Shown: positions 38,001 through 47,194 of the stretch, in pieces
How the letters are laid out: every line of letters starts with the position of its first letter
Numbering within the stretch: the stretch's first letter is position 1
DNA from: a virus
Length of the DNA stretch: 64,000 nt
Direction: 5' to 3' (one strand)
Virus record (IMG/VR): IMGVR_UViG_2718218475_000005
Coordinates: 5,418-69,417 of that record
Notes under the pieces: generated by a model
The model's input: the letters and a program-made list of their open reading frames with translations, nothing else
Databases searched by the model: none
What the model was told of the DNA's origin: nothing
Translations under genes and position numbers: made by a program

Positions 38001-39067
38001 AACTTGCCTTGTGATTCAATCTTTTTAAATGAACCTGTCAAGCCATCCGCAGTCTCCACACCTTTACCAGAAGCTACCGCTAAGGCAGTTACCCCAGTAG
38101 TCAACGCTTCAGTGTCTTTCACATTATCTGTAAATCCATAAAATTGCTTCTGGATATTCTTGATATCGCCCGCCGCAAAACCAGTTTCATTCCGCAAAGT
38201 CACCATGTTGCCAGATAGATCTTTAATCTTATTCTGAGGCACATCCATAGCTGACCAAGCCCGAACGGTTTGCTCACCAGATTCGGCTAGTTCTAATCCA
38301 TCTTTAGCTGACTCGATTAGCTTGCTCCCCAAAGAAGCAATCCCATTTGAAACAATGTTTCCAGCAAATGTACCAACTAATACACTTCTCAGACTACTAG
38401 TTTTTTGAGTCGTTTCTTCAGTTTTAGTAGTCAAAGACTTAATTGGTGCTGATACCTTGTCTTCAACTTCCAATATCGTCCGCTTAGTTTCAGGAATCTT
38501 TGACAAAACTTTTTCAAAATCAATTATCTTGCCATCATTAACGTTAGCGGTCAGATCTGTCTTGACCTTTCGCGGAACTTTATCCAAAATAGCGTCAAAG
38601 TTCTTGATGCCAGCATCATTGGCCTGTGCCAAAATTTCAGTCTTAACGTCTTTTGGGATCTTTCCCAGCAGTGAAACTTGTTCTTTGACTTTAGCTACTG
38701 CATCAGTCGTATTGACTTTGACATCAGCATCAGTTGTCTTCGGAATATCCCCTAAACCATCCTTTACCTTCTTGGCATCATCAATGGCTTTTTGTGCATT
38801 ACTTGTTACATCAACTTTAGTATCTTTGGGAATTGAATTCATTGATGACTGTAGTTCTTTAGCGTCAGTGACTATCTTTTGAACCGAATCAGCACCGCTG
38901 GTTCCTAATGTTCTATATGCGTCTTCCAGTGCTTTCGTTGGATTCACTGATCCATTAACTAAGCTCTGGGCATCCGTTAACATTTGCTTAACACGCGTCA
39001 ATGGAGCCGTGACATCATCCACAAACGACCAACGAACCTTATCATCAACTACATAATCTGCGCCCAC
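35054..39067 (-). CDS. Tape measure protein B with C-terminal lytic-transglycosylase-like domain
   Basis: 1337 aa; Trp-spaced repeats; FAQGG/YANGG/FATGG; MSESGG...AGGILQF. Confidence 0.93.
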   Translation of the reverse strand: MGADYVVDDKVRWSFVDDVTAPLTRVKQMLTDAQSLVNGSVNPTKALEDAYRTLGTSGADSVQKIVTDAKELQSSMNSIPKDTKVDVTSNAQKAIDDAKKVKDGLGDIPKTTDADVKVNTTDAVAKVKEQVSLLGKIPKDVKTEILAQANDAGIKNFDAILDKVPRKVKTDLTANVNDGKIIDFEKVLSKIPETKRTILEVEDKVSAPIKSLTTKTEETTQKTSSLRSVLVGTFAGNIVSNGIASLGSKLIESAKDGLELAESGEQTVRAWSAMDVPQNKIKDLSGNMVTLRNETGFAAGDIKNIQKQFYGFTDNVKDTEALTTGVTALAVASGKGVETADGLTGSFKKIESQGKLTSMAFTRMTAEAPALPKQLAAALDMSQSQLKKAVADGKVSSSEFETAIAKIGNNSKQVFADFGKTGEGVMAQIKGSWTGIKSTLMQPLVDTKTSGLESVRNLLQSKDMTALAHSVGEGLAFMAGKASGLIGYIAAHQKDINAIIESLTSIMVILTKSIWSTISGMFKGIANAFGLVSDNAKKTNDPLKQVESALDSILKHKSAIQDFGKILVAAFAVKKLTEFVKGFQELSATLGKTAIGSGIMKSFTAFSTKLNETKKVLPAFGAALKTVPFTIWITAIAAIVLALVELYKHNKKFREFVNGLVDTIKDWYKDATKWLGNAVTWIKKTFGPFFKEAVKSIQSVWKEIEPVVSAGIKMVQKVLKLGMAVVSALWKIAWGYLSLEVKETWAIIKPIIDIGMAVIKGLISAGMDIIKAVWKAAWKVISTVVKSVWNVIKPLIIGAMNVISDVIQTVLDIIHGNWSKVWGDIKNIFSDIWKALSQAIKAYMNGMHDIISSVLDAISTVWHGMWQGLGDFFKNIWKGIKQAAQDGINGVLSVINAGVDAIDSVWKFFTGHKTSVHHLEPVKFAQGGVVHTRLSMVNDGAGQNWKELLQLPSGELKMTHQRNAVLPLPVGTRVYNGDETASIMASAGVDHYANGGIVGDAINWTKGKLSDIGSWIGDKTEAVEKFLKDPLGNISKLLHKATDGLFKGAASFGDLASGTISKLSSIAVDKFKEMLNSTKKTLEVSDGKAGHYNPGLIEKAAKMMHIDSLPLGFSELLQATIMSESGGKSVIQTIHDGNSGGNEAGGILQFTPGTFGAFAMPGHTNRMNPLDELLAFFNNSDWRNSIGHTVIWGVPKVDWLHSGPQGSRRLSSFATGGHPLTPQLATIAEDGDEFVVNPRRSNAMQLLNDAYERTIQEQPQLRNATKPNSVGVLPQMQSTQSNESGQLNNSLLERVIERLEEIRDKDNDMYLDGEKISASNERVGASNFRLAGVQGQI

Positions 39068-39324
39068 TAGTCGCCACCTCCATTACCGTGCATTAATTGA
39101 TACAGTGCCATTGTCTGTTCGTTTTTATTTTGCTGCTGTTTGATGAAATACGGGTCAAACTGTCGTTTTATCTGCGATTCTTGTCGCTTCAAATTCTCTG
39201 TTATTTCTTGGTCGTACTGTTGGTTCTTCTCACCGTCCGCAATAAGAACCGGTCTAGTAAAACTAGCAGCTTGCCTCTGTGCATGTAAATCATCAATTCT
39301 AGCCAGCAACGCTCCTTTGAGCAT
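39067..39324 (-). CDS. Tail assembly chaperone, downstream part (-1 frame; FYDLTVSEYNAMLKG begins upstream of the ATG)
   Basis: Frame open back to slippery site 39615-39621. Confidence 0.78.
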   Translation of the reverse strand: MLKGALLARIDDLHAQRQAASFTRPVLIADGEKNQQYDQEITENLKRQESQIKRQFDPYFIKQQQNKNEQTMALYQLMHGNGGGD

Positions 39325-39398
39325 GGCATTATATTCTGAGACTGTTAAATCATAAAAAACATTAATATCAGTAATGCCGATATAACGACGAGCGCCTT

Positions 39399-39917
39399 CT
39401 AACCATTGACTGAGGCTGTCTGACTGTTTGCTACTGGTGCTGTCATTTTGTCGAAAGCGTTCTCCGCTTCGTTGATCTGATCGAGGCCAACTTGAATCCC
39501 GGTCTTCTGCGTTGCTGCCCGTTGATCGTCTTGGTCGGCCAAGGCGTCGAGCTGTGCTTGCAAGACGGTTCGCAATTGATCGTTGCGCTTCTTCCAGGCT
39601 TTGGCCTTGATCTTGAAAAAACCACTGTTGTTTAGTGCGTTAACCGCATCTTTAAAGGCAGCTTCTTCGGAATCAGTATCTTTGAATACTTGATCATCTA
39701 AAGCATCATACAAATCACTGTCGCTTGGGTGATCACTTGCTAGTGCTGCTTCATAGAATGCTAACAAAGCATCTGGATCTGATTGTACCAATCCAGTAAT
39801 TAGGTTTGAAAATCCAGACTTATCTTGTTCATCACCCATCTTTTTACCTAGTACCGACCGGAAGCGAAAATTGATAACTGGCGTTAATGACTTACCGTTA
39901 ATATTTAAAGATTGCAT
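39399..39917 (-). CDS. Tail assembly chaperone (gpG-like)
   Basis: Between major tail and TMP; SGFF slippery site. Confidence 0.82.
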   Translation of the reverse strand: MQSLNINGKSLTPVINFRFRSVLGKKMGDEQDKSGFSNLITGLVQSDPDALLAFYEAALASDHPSDSDLYDALDDQVFKDTDSEEAAFKDAVNALNNSGFFKIKAKAWKKRNDQLRTVLQAQLDALADQDDQRAATQKTGIQVGLDQINEAENAFDKMTAPVANSQTASVNG

Positions 39918-39945
39918 AATTTAAAATCCTTTCTTTCTTAAAAAG

Positions 39946-40599
39946 TTACTTACCTGTGTTGGCTGAACCATTACTTCCTGTGTTATCAGATGGCTGTGAT
40001 TCATCAGGAATATTAGTTGTCGCACTATTGTCGCCGACATCTTGACCATGACTGAAGGCATATAGGGCTTTGTCCAACACATCAAATGAACCATCAACTA
40101 AGTCAGCTTCTGTAACCCGAGCTGGTTTCCCATCTTCATCATCAACGGCTTCACCTTGAACTTCAAACGTTGCATTTGATTGCGTGATAGCACCAATGCC
40201 TTCAGTGATTGGTAGTTGTGGTACAAGGCATTGCGAATACTCAGCTTCTGCACTGCGATTAGGCTTAGTACCTTGTAACGTATTAAAGTCAACACGCCAT
40301 AAATGAATCACTTCGCCTTTTGACCAAGCATCATTTAATTCACGATATAGGCTGTCATTTTGGGTATAAACCAAATTAACAACTCGTTGCTGTGTTTTAG
40401 CACCCAACGATTTCAACGTGACCGTTTTGGTTTGGACGTTTGAAGCCGTCCGTGTGTTCGTTCCGGAACTAGCACCTTGTAAGCCCATTACCTCTGGTTT
40501 ACGTGATTTTGGCCAGCTATCACGCTTCCAAAAGTACATAAATTTATCGGCAAATTTTGGACTGATAACTTCTGTTGTTGTTCCAATTCCTGTTGGCAT
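39946..40599 (-). CDS. Major tail protein B (TP901-1-like)
   Basis: Position; MGLQ...VQTKT...IHLWRVD pattern. Confidence 0.8.
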   Translation of the reverse strand: MPTGIGTTTEVISPKFADKFMYFWKRDSWPKSRKPEVMGLQGASSGTNTRTASNVQTKTVTLKSLGAKTQQRVVNLVYTQNDSLYRELNDAWSKGEVIHLWRVDFNTLQGTKPNRSAEAEYSQCLVPQLPITEGIGAITQSNATFEVQGEAVDDEDGKPARVTEADLVDGSFDVLDKALYAFSHGQDVGDNSATTNIPDESQPSDNTGSNGSANTGK

Positions 40600-40647
40600 A
40601 TTTCTGCCCCTTTCTAAATAAAAAGACGCCTAAGCGTCAGTAAGTGA

Positions 40648-41043
40648 TTAGTAATTAACTTGATAGTCTACAAGAATCGGCACATGAAATAAGGCCCGAT
40701 CTTGTAGTGAATTGTCGGTAAGAATCCGACTAGAATAATGCAGCGCCATGAAGGGATAATTCTGACCAACTAATGATTTCAACCGATCTGTGATAGCTTG
40801 CTGTAAGTTCAGTGCATCACCGTATGAATCATGGCCTACGTACAAATCAGCATGCAAGGTTAGCTGATTCTGGCTAATAAACTTTAATTGACTAGTATCT
40901 GTAACATTATCAAGTTGCAGAGTAACTTGTGGAAACGTCAAATTATCTTCTTCATCGCTCGGTAGCAATACCAGCAGATTAAGGTCAGTTAAAGACGCTT
41001 GGGCACTTAATAATAGGTCTACGGCCGGATATATTGGTTCCAC
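40648..41043 (-). CDS. Tail terminator protein
   Basis: Synteny; FPQVTLQ. Confidence 0.7.
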   Translation of the reverse strand: MEPIYPAVDLLLSAQASLTDLNLLVLLPSDEEDNLTFPQVTLQLDNVTDTSQLKFISQNQLTLHADLYVGHDSYGDALNLQQAITDRLKSLVGQNYPFMALHYSSRILTDNSLQDRALFHVPILVDYQVNY

Positions 41044-41045
41044 AG

Positions 41046-41537
41046 CTACGCCTCCTTAATGGCTTGTTTAAGAGCTTCCCTGACGGTCTCGTTCAGCTTG
41101 CTACCAATTTCATCACCAGCAGGCTTCATAAATGGCTGTGCAGGCATTCTACCATCCTTCGTGCCGAACTCAACAGCTTGACCGTATTCATAATCTTGCT
41201 TAGTCATTGCTTCTGGTGCAATTTCAGTCTGCATTCCTTCTGAATTGTCATGTGCATCAATACTTCGCATTAAATTTCCTGTAGGTTTGTATCCTGATTT
41301 TTTGCCACCAACATTAACACGCTCAATTTCTCGAGCTTTCTTCTGCGCATCAACACCTGCATTATGAATAACTTTCTTAGCATTTGTATCTAGTGAGTAT
41401 TGCAGTCGTTGTAAGCGCGTAACGCCTTGCCCACTGCCAACCTTCGCCATGGTATGCATTAATTGATTAATAGGGCTCGACCAACTGTCTGTCATACTAA
41501 ACCTAACTGTTGGGATATGCTCATTATCAGTTGACAT
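41046..41537 (-). CDS. HK97 gp10-family neck protein
   Basis: TGNLMRSI, YGQAVEFGT..MPAQPFMKPA. Confidence 0.85.
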   Translation of the reverse strand: MSTDNEHIPTVRFSMTDSWSSPINQLMHTMAKVGSGQGVTRLQRLQYSLDTNAKKVIHNAGVDAQKKAREIERVNVGGKKSGYKPTGNLMRSIDAHDNSEGMQTEIAPEAMTKQDYEYGQAVEFGTKDGRMPAQPFMKPAGDEIGSKLNETVREALKQAIKEA

Positions 41538-41870
41538 CTAGTCACCTCCAACTTGCTTTTTATCAACAATGATATAAAAATCGGTTCGATATTGGTGATA
41601 AGCTGTCTTAGTGATGGCGTAATTTGGCGTGAACGTTTTAAGACTCATATTTGCAAGCCCAATATTATCGGCAGTATGCTCTCCCATTATTCGAACAATT
41701 CTAGCGTCCGCATATACTTTGCCAAAAACAGTCATCTGTCGTTGAGCACCCATCTGATTAATTCGTGCATCCGCAATCATTTCAAGCAAAGTTGGCTCAG
41801 CTTTACGATTTAATGAACCCGCTGACGTTGAAGTTTTGTTAGCCAACAGATAGGCCCTTTCAATTTTCAA
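41538..41870 (-). CDS. Head closure protein
   Basis: Synteny. Confidence 0.65.
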   Translation of the reverse strand: MKIERAYLLANKTSTSAGSLNRKAEPTLLEMIADARINQMGAQRQMTVFGKVYADARIVRIMGEHTADNIGLANMSLKTFTPNYAITKTAYHQYRTDFYIIVDKKQVGGD

Positions 41871-42235
41871 TCCCAGGTCACCACCGATCCTAACCGGTTA
41901 GCACCAGACTGATTGTCTACATACTTATTTAGTAACGTAGCGAACGGTTTCATGTCGTCATCTGAAAAAGTAAAAGATAGTCCTTCTTCTGATGTAGCCG
42001 TAGTTCCCTCTGCACCTTCTTGGACAAACTTAGACGCAGCCATCTTGCGCACGACTCCATCTAATTGTTGTGGTACCTCAGCCTGGTTAATATAAATGCC
42101 AATTGCATCTAATGCGTCACCAATATAAAGTTCCAGCTTATCATCAAGAACATTGTCATCATCTTTTAAATCACGCATCAGTTTTATCCCATACAGTAAA
42201 GATTTAATTCGTTCAGTTCGCTCTTCATCATTCAT
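41867..42235 (-). CDS. Head-tail connector protein
   Basis: GAEGTTATSEEGLSFTF motif. Confidence 0.85.
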   Translation of the reverse strand: MNDEERTERIKSLLYGIKLMRDLKDDDNVLDDKLELYIGDALDAIGIYINQAEVPQQLDGVVRKMAASKFVQEGAEGTTATSEEGLSFTFSDDDMKPFATLLNKYVDNQSGANRLGSVVTWD

Positions 42236-42252
42236 AAAAAGCCCTCCGTGAA

Positions 42253-43362
42253 CTACTTTCCTGAACCTGTCGTTGTACTACTTGTGGCAACAGATCCTGA
42301 GGTATTTGTAGTGGTTGTCGCCCCTGCGGTCGTATCTAATACATAAACCGAATCAGCCTGTTCAAATGAAGGCAAAGACATCATAGATACTTTAGTTTCA
42401 ACATTCACTGGGTCAGTTTTCGTAGTCGTTGTAACTGCGACACCGGTATCAACAATACGAACTTGTGCCGCATTGGAAGATAACAGGTCTGCTTCTTCTG
42501 GGGTCGTCCCAAAATGCGTATTACCAAGATCAACAGCTGGCATAAAGACGGCTTTACCGTCTGGAATAAACTTAACTAATTTACCATCCGCACCAAGGTA
42601 CCCTTTATCATAAATAGCAAAACTCAAGCCATATTCATCTTCCAGGTAAGTCATAATAACGGACTTGGGTAATACCACATTAGTCTTACTTGCAGAACTA
42701 GCCAGCAAAGTAGACTTAATAGCATCATTACTTGCAAGTGTATTCCAAGTTACCCGGTTCATAACAACACGTGAGATTGTGGCTCCCGTTTTATTACCAA
42801 TTTGTGTCGTAATCCGATCAAAGTCTTCAAATGGATTACCCTTGGCATCCCCCCAAGCAACCTTGGAGGCACCAATATTTTCAGTTGGCATATCGTAGTC
42901 AATAGTCATATCAACACCATTCCCAGTCACCTTAGCTTTACCGGTTGTCAAAGCTTCCATCCGGATAATCTCACGCCGCAATGCAGCGCCCTTAATCAAC
43001 TCGATGTCATCATCGAAAATATGAGCAATAATCGTATCACGTAGTGTTTGGTCAGCACTATTGCCTAGCATTAATAACTGCTGACGTAACTTTTCATCAA
43101 CATATTTAGATTCCTTGAAGAAAGCCATATCTTGAGTTAACTTGCTTAGTCCCTTACGTCCCCGTGGTACAACATTAGTATCGAGTGCTGATGGTGCTAA
43201 AGCAACGGGTGCTCCGGTTGCACCTTTCAACCAGTCCATCGTCATACCTACTTGGCGAACATTTGGAAAAATAGTTTCACCAAAATATGGCGCTTCTTGC
43301 TGCGCAATCGTTTCCCAATATGCGGCAATATTAGTTGCATTTACTAAATCAAAAATATTCAT
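42253..43362 (-). CDS. Major capsid protein B (capsid protein E family)
   Basis: 369 aa; FGTTPEE, DPVNVETKVSM..LPSF. Confidence 0.9.
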   Translation of the reverse strand: MNIFDLVNATNIAAYWETIAQQEAPYFGETIFPNVRQVGMTMDWLKGATGAPVALAPSALDTNVVPRGRKGLSKLTQDMAFFKESKYVDEKLRQQLLMLGNSADQTLRDTIIAHIFDDDIELIKGAALRREIIRMEALTTGKAKVTGNGVDMTIDYDMPTENIGASKVAWGDAKGNPFEDFDRITTQIGNKTGATISRVVMNRVTWNTLASNDAIKSTLLASSASKTNVVLPKSVIMTYLEDEYGLSFAIYDKGYLGADGKLVKFIPDGKAVFMPAVDLGNTHFGTTPEEADLLSSNAAQVRIVDTGVAVTTTTKTDPVNVETKVSMMSLPSFEQADSVYVLDTTAGATTTTNTSGSVATSSTTTGSGK

Positions 43363-43377
43363 TATTTATCAGTCCTC

Positions 43378-43749
43378 CTATGGTCGATTGAAGAATGTAA
43401 CTTTACCAGCTAATGCTGTTTTAGCATCGGCTGAAACATCTCCACTAGCAATACGAGCAGTATTAATAAAGCCAAAAACAATGACTGTACCAGTCGCATC
43501 ACCAGCTGTAACATCTACATCGTGCTCTAATACACCTTGTGCTTTGGCGTCTTGTCCTACTGACAATACAGCTTGTGAATCGTCTAAAAACGAACTAGCA
43601 CCACCAACTACCGTCCCAGCCGGAATAACTTTCCGGCCAAAACTGTTAGGCGTTACACCAGTTGCACTAATCAGTCCCGGCAACGCTACCTTCTGTTGTA
43701 CATTCCCCAGCACTTGGGTTTCTGAAATAAAATCACGTTTAATCGTCAT
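43378..43749 (-). CDS. Head decoration protein
   Basis: GRKVIPAGTVVG...HDVDVTAG. Confidence 0.75.
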   Translation of the reverse strand: MTIKRDFISETQVLGNVQQKVALPGLISATGVTPNSFGRKVIPAGTVVGGASSFLDDSQAVLSVGQDAKAQGVLEHDVDVTAGDATGTVIVFGFINTARIASGDVSADAKTALAGKVTFFNRP

Positions 43750-43762
43750 TGATTAAACCTCC

Positions 43763-44422
43763 TTATTTTTTATGACCAAAGAAATCACTTGCAGGCTTCT
43801 TTGGATGTGCCATTGCAGCTAACTCTTGCGCGAATTTAGTATCTTCACGATCATTGCCGTTATTTACAGTTTGGCCTGGAGTTTGTTTACCCTTCAAGCG
43901 TTCCTCAACACCAGCTTGAACGGCTTTATTAAAAGCTTTTCCAAAGTTTTCGACATGTTGTGCGCGCTTATCAGTATCGACATCGTTCAGCACTTCTGCA
44001 AAATCTTCTGGTAAGTTTTCCTTGGCCAGCAAATCGCGTGTTGCATTAATTGATTCACGGCGATTCAATTCAGATTCACGCTTGTCTAACTCAGCTTGAC
44101 GGGCTTTCTGATCTGCTGATTCACGTTGCTCTGCAGTCATATTGGCACGGTTTTCACCATCTTGGCGTGCTTGCTCCAATAGATCTGGAAGAGACTTCTT
44201 TTTAAAATCATCAATAGCGCTTGAAATTAACCCCCGGACCTCTTTACGGTCAAACTGCTTGCCGGTACCTTGAGACCCATTTTCACCATTGTTATCCTTA
44301 TTTCCACCATCACCATTACCATTTTGAGAATTATTAGCTGACTCGGCATCTGCCTCATTACCACTGCCAGGTACTGGTTCAGCGAAGTACTGTAAATTCA
44401 TTGGTAATAATCGTTTAAACAT
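43763..44422 (-). CDS. Capsid scaffolding protein (DUF4355-like)
   Basis: MNLQYFAE N-terminus, MTAEQR, V..RLKGK.TP. Confidence 0.88.
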   Translation of the reverse strand: MFKRLLPMNLQYFAEPVPGSGNEADAESANNSQNGNGDGGNKDNNGENGSQGTGKQFDRKEVRGLISSAIDDFKKKSLPDLLEQARQDGENRANMTAEQRESADQKARQAELDKRESELNRRESINATRDLLAKENLPEDFAEVLNDVDTDKRAQHVENFGKAFNKAVQAGVEERLKGKQTPGQTVNNGNDREDTKFAQELAAMAHPKKPASDFFGHKK

Positions 44423-44532
44423 AAAAATTCCTCCTAAAATACTTTCTAAGTGGTATAACTGTCAGCTGTTCTTTAACGCCCGCTGCCGAAAAAAGGGCAA
44501 ATTAAAAGACCACTTACATAATTTAAGTGGCC

Positions 44533-45444
44533 CTAATCCAATCCATAATTCTTTGGCATTTGACTAAAATCAACACTGTAATCATTATCAGCGACTTCAA
44601 TAATTGTGCACTGACAATTAGGATGAAATGGTGGCAGTGTCACCCCTTCACTAGCTTCATCAATATTATATTCTGTTCCGTCCAGCGCCTCACATTCCTC
44701 GCACGTCGTTACTGACAGAGCTGCTTCAATTTGATAACGTTTGACGCTTCGTTGACCAAAATCATCAATTAATTGCCTTGACAGTTCGCCGCTTGATTCA
44801 GTTCTAAGAATGCGTTCTGCACGTCCTTCCGACGCACCAAGCTTAGTTGCAATCTCTTTGCTGAAATCCTGCGGCTTATAGTGATTCTTCAATACATCGT
44901 CTACTTGATCGTCTAACTGACGCATTAACGCAGACTTCTCTTTATAGATTCGATCCTGCCAAGAAGCTCCCTGCCAACCCTGATGATTATCACCCACAAT
45001 TTTTTGCACCGCTATGTCTGACTTATGCCTTGAATACACAGCACGATCCGGTTGCGGATTTACTAGTGGTGCCCGGTCAATATGATTTAGATTACTTTGG
45101 ATAACTTGTTTTTGATCTATAGCCAGCTGGGTAACGATTAGGTTAACTCGCTGCTTAGCCACATCACCATAAGTCTTAACTCGTTCATCTCTAAATGTTT
45201 GATTAACAAACGGGCGTTCATCAATAGCGGCAGACACGGCTAATTTGGCGATGTCGTCCATCAGCTCCTGTATTTGGGCTTTGGGGGCTGGAGCTGACCA
45301 ATTAACCTCATCAGCAATAAAGGTGCTTAGAACGTCCACAATTTCGTTATTAGCGTGTTTAAATAATTCATTCAATTTTTTTACACGTTTGTCGTTCTCA
45401 CCATAAACACGTTGTGCCAGTTGCAGAACAGCCTTTCGTTCCAT
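44533..45444 (-). CDS. Short MuF minor capsid protein (no toxin extension)
   Basis: RILRTE...TCEEC...LPPFHPNCQC then ends. Confidence 0.88.
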   Translation of the reverse strand: MERKAVLQLAQRVYGENDKRVKKLNELFKHANNEIVDVLSTFIADEVNWSAPAPKAQIQELMDDIAKLAVSAAIDERPFVNQTFRDERVKTYGDVAKQRVNLIVTQLAIDQKQVIQSNLNHIDRAPLVNPQPDRAVYSRHKSDIAVQKIVGDNHQGWQGASWQDRIYKEKSALMRQLDDQVDDVLKNHYKPQDFSKEIATKLGASEGRAERILRTESSGELSRQLIDDFGQRSVKRYQIEAALSVTTCEECEALDGTEYNIDEASEGVTLPPFHPNCQCTIIEVADNDYSVDFSQMPKNYGLD

Positions 45445-47180
45445 TAACTAGCACCACCTTGCTGTGCTTGTCGCTGATTAACAATTGCCTGTACTAAAGT
45501 GTCCTGTTGTTCCTCGCCAACTGATCGAACTCCTGTTGGCTGTGACTCGTCAGGTTCAGCAGTATGGGATTCTACTTGACGTTCAGTTTCATTAGATGGC
45601 TTATTAAATGTATCAGGGTAGTCGCCTGGCATGGTCATTGTTGGTTCAGATTCAGTTTGAGCATTCATTCGGGACTGTTCCTCATCCGGTTTAATTCCAG
45701 TTACAGCTTGTGCCATCTCCCATAAAGTTTGCTGGCTGAACTCACCTGTTTGAGAAAGTTTTTGCACGTTGTCGACGATTTCGGTGTCGTTCTTAGGCAA
45801 GTTAGGGGTAAACACAGGCGTTACATTTTCAATCAAATTAGAATCTTTGATTTTTCCGAGTGTATACCAGTAGTTTCCCAATAATCGCAATCGACGCATT
45901 AGACCACGAGCATACAGTTCTTGTTGAGTAGCTCGTTCCTGGTCACTGCCCCATAACTTATATGACATTGCTACACCTGAAGCATTACTGGCAAAGTTCT
46001 CATCTGCTACATTGGGTGAATTGGTAAACTTATGCATATTGTCATTGAGCGTCTTAACGTATGCATTCCAAGCATCGATAGGTAAATTCTTAGTCAGATA
46101 CTGAACAGAAGGTTGAATAACATTATCGCTGTTCATCCCCTGTGCCCGTGCAGGCTTAAGCCACATATAACGATTGCTTCCATCAACGTCTGGATGAGTC
46201 TTGGGTTTCCCACTGGAATCAGTACCAAAGTCAAACTCACCCGTAATTACTAACGTGGCATTGCTAAAATCTTCCTCACTGTTAGCCATCTCAGAGATTG
46301 CTTTATCATAAGCATCGAAGTTATCCATTTCACCTTCCCAGTCGCCGAGTCTTTCATCATTGTTAACGTACTCAGTGACGGGCACACCACCAAAGTAATG
46401 TTCCTCGTAGTTGTCCGGATTACCATCATCGAAAGTCAATTGTGAATTAGGATAGCCGTTAGGTTCATATCGAATCGTATGATCATCTGTATAGACTTCA
46501 ACATACCATACTGGAGTTTCATCATCCTCAACATAGTAATAATGCACAGCAAATAGTGAGTGCTGCTCTGGATCAGTGTCATAAACAACAAATGTTTCAC
46601 TTGGATCTAAAGCCATGACATATAAGTCTGTTGTGTCGCGTTTGACATACTCTAATTCATAAGCACGACCAGTTACGGATAGATTTTTCTTCATCACTTT
46701 CTCGTGATAAGCTTCATTGGTCCGCTGATTAAACTCATCAATAGCCGCATTAACTTCATCACGGTTAGTGTCCGTTTGACTTGAATCGTCATTGTATTGG
46801 AAACGAATTGGATTCCCAAAGGTATACCCAACCCGCATATTCGTAATATATTTTGGCATCTCATTAGCAATCCGGTTATCAGCACGATTAGTTGCTTTAC
46901 CGGACTGCCAAAACTTAATATCATTCACACCAATGTAATAACGTTGCATGGTTAAAATACGTTTTAACTGATGTGTAAAATGCCGATTGATAAAGCGACT
47001 GACTACAATTCCCAGTGCATTAGGGTCATTCTTAATAGACTCAAATTTATCTGCATTCATTTTGAATACCCGGTTAGCATCTTGATCAAACCGTGGACCA
47101 TTCAGCATTTTTACATCCGCATTCTTGGGATAAAACGCCCATGGTGTCATGGTTGTGGGTGCATTTGCATCGTTTACCAT
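45444..47180 (-). CDS. Portal protein B (SPP1 gp6-like)
   Basis: YYIG, EYVNNDERLGDWE, SGVAMSYKLWG. Confidence 0.92.
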   Translation of the reverse strand: MVNDANAPTTMTPWAFYPKNADVKMLNGPRFDQDANRVFKMNADKFESIKNDPNALGIVVSRFINRHFTHQLKRILTMQRYYIGVNDIKFWQSGKATNRADNRIANEMPKYITNMRVGYTFGNPIRFQYNDDSSQTDTNRDEVNAAIDEFNQRTNEAYHEKVMKKNLSVTGRAYELEYVKRDTTDLYVMALDPSETFVVYDTDPEQHSLFAVHYYYVEDDETPVWYVEVYTDDHTIRYEPNGYPNSQLTFDDGNPDNYEEHYFGGVPVTEYVNNDERLGDWEGEMDNFDAYDKAISEMANSEEDFSNATLVITGEFDFGTDSSGKPKTHPDVDGSNRYMWLKPARAQGMNSDNVIQPSVQYLTKNLPIDAWNAYVKTLNDNMHKFTNSPNVADENFASNASGVAMSYKLWGSDQERATQQELYARGLMRRLRLLGNYWYTLGKIKDSNLIENVTPVFTPNLPKNDTEIVDNVQKLSQTGEFSQQTLWEMAQAVTGIKPDEEQSRMNAQTESEPTMTMPGDYPDTFNKPSNETERQVESHTAEPDESQPTGVRSVGEEQQDTLVQAIVNQRQAQQGGAS

Positions 47181-47194
47181 GATTCATCATCTCC

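Noticed and set aside
43142-43756. 204-aa plus-strand ORF and similar antisense ORFs over TMP, fibre and terminase genes
   Set aside because: Shadow frames of well-supported minus-strand genes, without RBS or motifs.
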